Source: Bulleidia sp. (GTDB lineage Bacteria > Bacillota_I > Bacilli_A > Erysipelotrichales > Erysipelotrichaceae). Taken from it: a DNA stretch of 64,000 nt. Location: assembly GCA_041859965.1 (NCBI GenBank), contig JBFLGD010000007.1, positions 11,885-75,884 of the forward strand, in the 5' to 3' direction. Position 1 is the stretch's first letter, and every line of letters begins with the position of its first letter. Below are positions 17,478 to 24,936 of the stretch, one piece after another. The notes below the pieces were generated by a model, which made no database searches, was not told the origin of the DNA, and saw only the letters and a program-made list of their open reading frames with translations. Both the position numbers and the translations under genes were made by a program.

Positions 17478-19025
17478 ATGGATGGAATTCTTTCTTATAA
17501 CAAATTCACGTATTTTCTGGTGTTTCTGCCACTCGTGATCATACTGTATCAATTGATGCCTAAGAAATTCAGGTGGGCTGTTTTACTTCTGGCAAGCTAT
17601 GCATTCTTCTTCTCCTTCTCAAGGAAGCTGGTACTGTACAACGTTGCTGCATCTATTCTGACATATGCTTTTGGCAGAATCCTTGGCTCCATGAAGAAGG
17701 CACCGGAGGGAATGGACAGAAAGGCATTTAAGAAAAAGAAACACAGAATACTGGTACTTGCCGTCCTGATAGATCTAGGTGCATTGGTCCTTCTGAAATA
17801 TTCAAACTTCTTCGGGAGAACATTTGCTTCGCTGACCGGCAGTACATTTTCTCCAGTTGAATTCCTGGTGCCGCTGGGTATCAGCTACTATACGCTGCAG
17901 TGCATTTCCTATCTCTGCGATGTAGCAGGGAAGAAAATAGAACCTACGCATCACTTCTTTCAGCTGGCGCTGTATCTTAGCTTTTTTCCGACCATAATGG
18001 AAGGTCCTATCTGCCGTTTTGATCAGATTGGAGAGGATCTTTATGCCGGCAATTCAGTTACTTCCGAACATCTGGCATTAGGATATGAAAGAATCCTTTT
18101 TGGTCTGTTTAAGAAAATCATTATAGCGGACAGACTTTCACCGGTAGTGGATAACCTGTTTGCTTATCATACTGGTGAAGGTGCGCTCTGTCTGCTGGCC
18201 GCAATACTGTTTACGCTGCAGATGTATATGGATTTCTCGGGTATGATCGATATTGGAATAGGGTCCGCCCGTATCTTTGGAATTACTGTGCCGGAGAACT
18301 TCCGTCAGCCATTTTTTGCTAAGAATGCAGGCGATTTCTGGAGAAGATGGCATATTACGCTGGGGACATTCTTCCGTGACTATATCTTCTATCCGGTATC
18401 TTTATCAAAGCCAATCCAGCACTTAACAAAGTGGACTGGAAAGCATGTTGGCAAGAAGGCGTCACGCTATATCGGACCATTAATTGCACTGCTCTGTGTA
18501 TGGCTTGCGAATGGACTGTGGCATGGACCGCACTGGAATTATATTGTCTATGGACTGTATTACTTTTCACTGACTGCCATAGAAATGTTTACAGAGAAAC
18601 CATTTGAAGCATGGTGCCATAAGCATAATCTGAACATAGAAGGTGCAGGCATACGTACCTTCAGATTTATTAAACTGGTGCTGATTGTCATCACCGGTGA
18701 GATGTTCTTCCGTGCAGTTTCACTTCATGCAGGATGGACAATGCTGGTAAGTATCTTCACGAATTTTGATGTGAAGCAGATCTTTACAGTCCTTCCGCAG
18801 CTGGACATGAGCAGGGAAGATTATCTGATTGTAGCAGTGGCATTTGCGGCAGTGATTGCTGTCAGTGTACTGAAGGAAAAGAAGTTCCCAATCAGAGAAA
18901 AGTTCAACAGTATGCCGACTATGGCAAGGTGGGCTATACTGTATGTCATTATATTTGCGATTGTTCTGTTTGGCGCATATGGACCTGGGTATGACGCTGT
19001 TGCAGCAATGTATGCCGGGTTCTAA
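17478..19025 (+). CDS. MBOAT family acyltransferase (DltB/AlgI-like)
   Basis: LGISYYT, FFPTIMEGP, YMDFSG, ENFRQPF, FWRRWHITL, GLWHG catalytic His. Confidence 0.92.
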   Translation: MDGILSYNKFTYFLVFLPLVIILYQLMPKKFRWAVLLLASYAFFFSFSRKLVLYNVAASILTYAFGRILGSMKKAPEGMDRKAFKKKKHRILVLAVLIDLGALVLLKYSNFFGRTFASLTGSTFSPVEFLVPLGISYYTLQCISYLCDVAGKKIEPTHHFFQLALYLSFFPTIMEGPICRFDQIGEDLYAGNSVTSEHLALGYERILFGLFKKIIIADRLSPVVDNLFAYHTGEGALCLLAAILFTLQMYMDFSGMIDIGIGSARIFGITVPENFRQPFFAKNAGDFWRRWHITLGTFFRDYIFYPVSLSKPIQHLTKWTGKHVGKKASRYIGPLIALLCVWLANGLWHGPHWNYIVYGLYYFSLTAIEMFTEKPFEAWCHKHNLNIEGAGIRTFRFIKLVLIVITGEMFFRAVSLHAGWTMLVSIFTNFDVKQIFTVLPQLDMSREDYLIVAVAFAAVIAVSVLKEKKFPIREKFNSMPTMARWAILYVIIFAIVLFGAYGPGYDAVAAMYAGF

Positions 19026-19040
19026 AAAGGAAGTATAGAC

Positions 19041-20573
19041 ATGAAAACTAAGAATGTACTGGAGTGGCTTGAAGAAAGCGCAAAGAGAGTTCCTGATAAG
19101 GTGTCATTTGCAGATCCTGATGGAGAGATTTCTTTTGCACAGCTTGAAAAGGATGCACAGAGAATAGGTTCTTTTCTGTGTGGAAAGATAAACAGAAATG
19201 AACCGGTGTCCTTCTACCTTGAGAAAAGTACACTGGCAATGTCTGGAATGCTTGGTGCTGTTTATGCAGGAGGATTCTATTCGCTGCTGGATACGCGGCT
19301 GCCTGAGAGCAGACTGCAGAGTATTCTAGGCGTTCTGCGGCCATGCATCATTCTGACCGACAGCAAAAATAGAGAACAGGCTGAACATCTGTTTGATAAG
19401 GAAAGCTATGAGATCTATTCTCTTGAGGACATACTGGAGATTAATAAGTATGATCCGCAGGAACTGAAGATTCGAAGAGAGGAAGCACTGGATTGCGATC
19501 CTCTCTATGTCAATTTCACTTCGGGTTCTACAGGTATTCCAAAGGGTGTAGCAGTCAGTCATAGAAGTGTTATTGATTTCATTGAGATCTTTGACAGAAC
19601 ATTCGGCATAAAGGAAACAGATATACTTGGCAATCAGGCACCGTTTGATTTTGATGTTTCAGTAAAGGATATCTTTTCCGGCTTATATACAGGTGCTTCT
19701 GTACAGATTATTCCAAGAGAGTATTTTTCCAATCCAACTCTGCTGATGGACTATCTATGCGACAGAAATGCAACGGTACTGATATGGGCGGTCAGCGCTA
19801 TGTGCTTTGTGTCAATTATGAATGGTTTTGGATACAAAGTGCCTGAAAAAGTAAGAATGGTCCTGTTCAGTGGAGAAGTAATGCCTGTGAAGCAGCTGAA
19901 TAAATGGAGAAAGGCACTGCCGAATGCTATATATGTGAATCTTTATGGACCGACCGAGATTACCTGCAACTGCACATACTATGTACTGGATAATAGAGAG
20001 TATGCTGCAGATGAGATTATTCCAATCGGCAGACCTTTTGACAATGAGAAGGTGTTTCTTCTGAATGAAGAGAATGAACAGATACTTGAACCTGGAAAGC
20101 AGGGAGAAATATGTGTTTCCGGAACCTGCCTTGCCTTAGGGTATTACCGTGATAAAGAGAAAACAGATACGGTATTTACACAGAACCCATTGAATACATG
20201 TCTGCCTGAAAGGATATACCATACAGGTGATCTGGGACAGTACATGGATAATGGAAATCTGGTATACAGCGGCCGCAGGGATTTTCAGGTAAAGTATCTT
20301 GGTCATCGCATAGAACTCAATGATATTGAAGCACAGGTGCAAAGTGTTAATGGTATTGAAAGAGCCTGCTGTCTGTTCAATCAGGAGAAGAAAAGACTTC
20401 TTCTATTCTATACAGGCGGCCGTGAAAGCAGAGAACTGGCAGAAGAACTCAGAAAGATACTGCCGCCGTATATGCTGCCGAATAAACTGACAAAGCTGGA
20501 TGAAATGCCAATGACGAAGAATGGAAAGATAGACCGGAATATACTGAAACAGCAGGAAGGCATTCAGAAATGA
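19041..20573 (+). CDS. Stand-alone amino-acid adenylation enzyme (DltA-like, non-DltA pocket)
   Basis: FTSGSTGIPKG (A3), FDFDVSV (A4), YGPTE (A5), YHTGDLG (A7), GRRDFQVK (A8), NGKIDR (A10). Confidence 0.9.
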   Translation: MKTKNVLEWLEESAKRVPDKVSFADPDGEISFAQLEKDAQRIGSFLCGKINRNEPVSFYLEKSTLAMSGMLGAVYAGGFYSLLDTRLPESRLQSILGVLRPCIILTDSKNREQAEHLFDKESYEIYSLEDILEINKYDPQELKIRREEALDCDPLYVNFTSGSTGIPKGVAVSHRSVIDFIEIFDRTFGIKETDILGNQAPFDFDVSVKDIFSGLYTGASVQIIPREYFSNPTLLMDYLCDRNATVLIWAVSAMCFVSIMNGFGYKVPEKVRMVLFSGEVMPVKQLNKWRKALPNAIYVNLYGPTEITCNCTYYVLDNREYAADEIIPIGRPFDNEKVFLLNEENEQILEPGKQGEICVSGTCLALGYYRDKEKTDTVFTQNPLNTCLPERIYHTGDLGQYMDNGNLVYSGRRDFQVKYLGHRIELNDIEAQVQSVNGIERACCLFNQEKKRLLLFYTGGRESRELAEELRKILPPYMLPNKLTKLDEMPMTKNGKIDRNILKQQEGIQK

Positions 20574-21754
20574 TAGAGAATGCGGAACTGCAGCAGATTG
20601 CTGAGAAGTATGGAACACCTTGCTATGTATTTGATACTGAAGCACTGCAGAAATGGGTCGGGGAGATCAGAAAACAGGGTGAGGAAAAATATCATCTCTG
20701 TTTCTCTGTCAAAGCAAATCCATTTCTGATACCAACTATGGAAAAACTAGTGGATTCTCTGGAGGTGTGCTCACCAGGAGAATTCTCAATCTGCAGATAT
20801 CTTCATGTAGATCCTGATATGATTCTTTATTCTGGCGTCAATAAGACAGAAGAGGACATCCATGAAGCAATGCAGTATGGAACCAGTCATTTTACGGCAG
20901 AGTCACTGAAACATTTCAGAGAGATCAATGCGGAGGCAGTAAAAGAAAATAAATCGGTATCTGTTCTGCTCCGTATCAATACTGGATCTCAGTTTGGTAT
21001 GTCAATGAATGATCTTCTGGAGATTGTTGATCATAGAAATGAATATCCACATATTCATTTGAGCGGTATTCATTACTTTGCAGGTACAGAAAGAAGAAAG
21101 GCTGTAAAGCAGCTGAAGGAACTTGAAAAGCTGAAGGATCTGTATCATGAACTGGAACATGAGCATGCATGGAGACCGGAGAAACTTGAATATGGGCCGG
21201 GACTCAGTGTGCCTATGTTCACAAAGGATGATTTCTCTGACCCATTAATGCCATTAAGGAATATTCATAAAGAACTTTGTGACTTCGCAGAGAATGCAGA
21301 TGTCACCATAGAGATGGGAAGATTCTTCGCGTCATTCTGCGGTATGTACCTGACCGAAGTTATGGACACAAAAGAAAATGGAGGTGTAAATTACTGTATT
21401 ATTGACGGCGGTATTCATCATGTGAACTACTATGGTTCTATGATGGGTATGAATGCGCCGATTATAGAACATCTTTCAGCAGCAGATAATCATGAGAAGA
21501 AGGAATGGTGTATATGCGGATCTTTATGTTCCTTTAATGATGTACTGGTAAGAAGTTTCCCGGCGGAGGGACTGAAGGAAAAGGATATCCTTGTATTTAA
21601 GAATATAGGTGCCTATTCTGTAACCGAGGGAATGTATCTGTTCCTCAGCAGGAAGATGCCGAGAATACTGTTAAGAGATAAAAATGGCAGAATACAGGAA
21701 GCCAGAGCATATAAGGAATCCTGGAAACTGAATACAATGAAAGAAGGAGAATAA
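20570..21754 (+). CDS. Fold-type III PLP enzyme, diaminopimelate/ornithine decarboxylase family (BtrK-like candidate)
   Basis: YGTPCYVFD, SVKAN PLP lysine, IHYFAG, EMGR, CGSLC, GAYS. Confidence 0.85.
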   Translation: MIENAELQQIAEKYGTPCYVFDTEALQKWVGEIRKQGEEKYHLCFSVKANPFLIPTMEKLVDSLEVCSPGEFSICRYLHVDPDMILYSGVNKTEEDIHEAMQYGTSHFTAESLKHFREINAEAVKENKSVSVLLRINTGSQFGMSMNDLLEIVDHRNEYPHIHLSGIHYFAGTERRKAVKQLKELEKLKDLYHELEHEHAWRPEKLEYGPGLSVPMFTKDDFSDPLMPLRNIHKELCDFAENADVTIEMGRFFASFCGMYLTEVMDTKENGGVNYCIIDGGIHHVNYYGSMMGMNAPIIEHLSAADNHEKKEWCICGSLCSFNDVLVRSFPAEGLKEKDILVFKNIGAYSVTEGMYLFLSRKMPRILLRDKNGRIQEARAYKESWKLNTMKEGE

Positions 21755-21758
21755 AGAT

Positions 21759-21989
21759 ATGGATGAATTGATCGCATTATTAGAGGATATAAAGGAGGAT
21801 GTGGACTTCAGAAACTGCAGAACATTGATTGATGATCATATACTGGACTCATTTGATATTCTGCAGATTGTTTCTACACTGAATGATAACTATGACATTT
21901 CCATTCCTGCTTCAGACATTGTTCCATCTAACTTCAATTCAGCAGAAGCACTGCTGGCAATGGTAAAGAAACTGCAGGAAGAAGGCTGA
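21759..21989 (+). CDS. Acyl/aminoacyl carrier protein (DltC-like)
   Basis: 76 aa, acidic, LDSFD phosphopantetheine site, NFNS motif. Confidence 0.9.
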   Translation: MDELIALLEDIKEDVDFRNCRTLIDDHILDSFDILQIVSTLNDNYDISIPASDIVPSNFNSAEALLAMVKKLQEEG

Positions 21990-21990
21990 T

Positions 21991-22305
21991 CTACTTCTGA
22001 TGCACGGATACCATGGCAATGGCAATGCCTGCGTCATGGGAAATGCTGACTTCAATCTCCGGATGGCCCTTGATAAAGGGCTGTCCGTTTTCTTTGTTCA
22101 GAACAGTATAGGAAAGGTATTCAGGATCCTGCGTGGCCTTGAAAACAGCTTCCTTTACAGCAAAGCGGGAGGCAAGGTATGTTTTCTTTTCGCGGATCGT
22201 ATGCAGAGCTTCATAGACATGCTCTTCTTCATCCGTGAGGAAGAAGCATGCATTCTTACGATCTGGCTGCATACGGTCGATTTCAACAATATCAATTCCA
22301 ATCAT
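21991..22305 (-). CDS. acpS: Holo-ACP synthase (4'-phosphopantetheinyl transferase)
   Basis: GIDIVEIDR, LASRFAVKEAVFKA, SISHD. Confidence 0.9.
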   Translation of the reverse strand: MIGIDIVEIDRMQPDRKNACFFLTDEEEHVYEALHTIREKKTYLASRFAVKEAVFKATQDPEYLSYTVLNKENGQPFIKGHPEIEVSISHDAGIAIAMVSVHQK

Positions 22306-22393
22306 ACAGATATTATGACATGATTGCGGTGTACTGAACTATATGTTGCGGCTATAATAGACAAGTTAAGTCAAAGAAAGTGAGGCAGATCAT

Positions 22394-23761
22394 ATGTCAT
22401 CTCAGGGTAATTTTACAGAAGGAAAGATCTTTGGTCCGCTGATGAAGTTTACAATACCGGTAGTTCTTGCATTGGTACTGCAGTCTCTTTACGGGGCTGT
22501 GGATCTATGGGTTGTCGGCCAGTTTGCGGCAAGTTCTGATGTATCGGCAGTCTCTACCGGGTCACAGATCATGCAGACAATAACGAATGTCATTGCCGGT
22601 CTTGCCATGGGCACAACAATACTTCTCGGCCATCAGTTAGGAGAGAAAAAGAACAGAGAAGCAGGGCGTACAGTAGGCACTTCCATTCTTTTCTTTGCTG
22701 GCGTAGCAATCATATTTACAGCATTGATTCTTTTGAATGTGACAAATATTGCTAATATTATGAATGCCCCGCAGGAAGCTTTTACTGCGACAGAAAACTA
22801 TATACGAATCTGTGCAGCCGGACAGATTTTTATCATTGCATATAATCTGCTTGGTTCACTGTTCAGAGGTCTAGGCAATTCCAGACTCCCGCTGATATCT
22901 GTTGCCATTGCGGCAGTGATCAATGTATTCGGCGATCTGCTGTTCGTATGTGTATTTCATATGGGAGCTGCAGGTGCTGCATATGCGACAGTTATTTCAC
23001 AGGCAATCAGTGTTGTGATATCTCTTTGCATTATTATGCATATGGATCTTCCTTTTGAATTCAAGAAGCAGGATCTGACTTTCAATAGACAGCTTGCTAA
23101 GAAGATCTTCATGTTCGGCTTTCCGCTTGCATTGGCTGATTTCCTTGTTGGTATTTCTTTCTTGATCATTGTAGCAATTGTGAATTCATTGGGATTGATT
23201 GCGAGTGCGGGTGTTGGTGTAGCGGAAAAGGTATGCGCATTTATTATGCTGGTACCGAGTGCTTTCAGTCAGTCTATTGCTGCATATTCAGCACAGAACT
23301 ATGGTGCCCGCAAGCTTGACCGTGCCCATAAGGGACTGCACTATGCAATGGCGGTATCTTTCAGTATTGGACTTGTTATGGCATGGGCATCGTTTTTCCA
23401 TGGCGATGTACTGTGCGGCATATTTTCAGCAGACAGCGAAGTTGTGGCAGCCGGATGGCAGTATCTTCGTGCCTATTCCTTTGACTGCATGCTGACACCG
23501 TTCTTCTTCTGTATGTCAGGCTATTTTAACGGCTGCGGAGATACTAAATTTGTTATGGCACAGAATATGATCGGTGCACTTGCTGTACGTGTGCCGGTTT
23601 CATACCTGATGTCCAAGATGCAGCCTGTCTCACTGTTCCATGTAGGACTGGCAACACCATGTTCTTCACTGGTGCAGATCATTCTATGTGCTTCCTATAT
23701 GTTTCTGGTTGCCAGAAAGAAGGAAGCAGCGATTATGCATGAGAATACTGCGGTACAATAA
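22394..23761 (+). CDS. MATE family efflux transporter
   Basis: 12-TM pattern, two halves, LFRGLGNS/GCGDTK motifs. Confidence 0.92.
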   Translation: MSSQGNFTEGKIFGPLMKFTIPVVLALVLQSLYGAVDLWVVGQFAASSDVSAVSTGSQIMQTITNVIAGLAMGTTILLGHQLGEKKNREAGRTVGTSILFFAGVAIIFTALILLNVTNIANIMNAPQEAFTATENYIRICAAGQIFIIAYNLLGSLFRGLGNSRLPLISVAIAAVINVFGDLLFVCVFHMGAAGAAYATVISQAISVVISLCIIMHMDLPFEFKKQDLTFNRQLAKKIFMFGFPLALADFLVGISFLIIVAIVNSLGLIASAGVGVAEKVCAFIMLVPSAFSQSIAAYSAQNYGARKLDRAHKGLHYAMAVSFSIGLVMAWASFFHGDVLCGIFSADSEVVAAGWQYLRAYSFDCMLTPFFFCMSGYFNGCGDTKFVMAQNMIGALAVRVPVSYLMSKMQPVSLFHVGLATPCSSLVQIILCASYMFLVARKKEAAIMHENTAVQ

Positions 23762-23781
23762 TTGCAGAAAGGCAGGCGGCT

Positions 23782-24936
23782 ATGAGAATTGCACATCTTG
23801 CTGATCTTCATTTGGGGAAAACAGTCAATGGCTTTTCCATGATTGAAGATCAGAAGTTTATTCTGAATGAGATCTTCGGTGTTTTAAAAGAGGAAAAAGT
23901 GGATGCGGTGCTGCTTGCCGGAGATATCTATGATAGAAATGTTCCTTCTGCAGAAGCTACTGTGCTTCTTGATGATTTTCTGTCCTCACTGCAGAAGGGT
24001 GGATATGAAGTATTTATGATTGCCGGCAATCATGATAATGGGGATCGTGTAGCATATGGCTCCTCACTGCTGGATCATTTGAATATTCATATTGCCGGCA
24101 CATATAAAGGAGTTATTCCTTCCTATACGATGCACGATGCGTATGGGGCGATACATGTATATCTGCTCCCGTATGTAAGAGCGGTCAATGTGAATAGATA
24201 TATTGATAAAGAAAGTGAACATGCAGGAAGCTGTGAAGAAGCAGTAAAGAAAGCATTGGACACTGTTGCTCTGAATGAGAATGATAGAAATATCATACTT
24301 GCCCATCAGTTTATTACAGGGGCTGTGTATGACCCGGAGAATGGTTCGGAGGAAATATCATTAGGCGGATTGGATCAGGTCAGCGGACATCTGTTTGATC
24401 ATTTTGATTATGCGGCATTGGGGCATATTCATAGACCGCAGAAACTTCTGAGAGAAGAAATGCGCTATGCCGGTACGCCTTTAAAATATTCTTTTTCTGA
24501 AGCAGGACAGACAAAGTCGATACCTGTAATTGATTTGAAAGAAAAGGGAAATACTGAGATCAATCTGATTCCGCTGATCCCACAGCATGAACTGAGAGAA
24601 ATACATGGTATGTATCATGACATCATAAGCAGCATCCCCAATGATTCTACACGCTATGACTATATGCATATTACATTGAATGACGAGGAAGACGTGCCTG
24701 AAGCAATCAGAGATCTGCGTATGTTATATCCAAACATCATGAAACTGGACTATGACAATACAAGAACCAGAACATCTTCGGAAGTTACGCCATTGAAGGA
24801 TGCTGAAAAACAGTCGCCTCTTGACATTGTTACTGGTTTCTATGAGATGCGCAATGGGAAAGCGGTCAATGATGTTCAAAGAGAAGATCTTACTGAACTG
24901 ATCCGCAGTATCTGGGAAGGAGACGAGGAAAAATGA
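23782..24936 (+). CDS. sbcD: Exonuclease SbcD
   Basis: DLHLG, AGDIYD, GNHD, LGHIH, YAGTP metallophosphoesterase motifs. Confidence 0.95.
   Translation: MRIAHLADLHLGKTVNGFSMIEDQKFILNEIFGVLKEEKVDAVLLAGDIYDRNVPSAEATVLLDDFLSSLQKGGYEVFMIAGNHDNGDRVAYGSSLLDHLNIHIAGTYKGVIPSYTMHDAYGAIHVYLLPYVRAVNVNRYIDKESEHAGSCEEAVKKALDTVALNENDRNIILAHQFITGAVYDPENGSEEISLGGLDQVSGHLFDHFDYAALGHIHRPQKLLREEMRYAGTPLKYSFSEAGQTKSIPVIDLKEKGNTEINLIPLIPQHELREIHGMYHDIISSIPNDSTRYDYMHITLNDEEDVPEAIRDLRMLYPNIMKLDYDNTRTRTSSEVTPLKDAEKQSPLDIVTGFYEMRNGKAVNDVQREDLTELIRSIWEGDEEK

Noticed and set aside
20570-21754. Annotation as ordinary lysine-biosynthesis LysA
   Set aside because: Coupled between an adenylation enzyme and a carrier protein, with divergent motifs (EYGPGL for DxGGG, EMGR for EPGR); family assignment kept, lysA symbol withheld
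16525-21989. Annotation as canonical dltABCD
   Set aside because: Different gene order, extra PLP enzyme, longer AlgI-like MBOAT and non-DltA pocket residues
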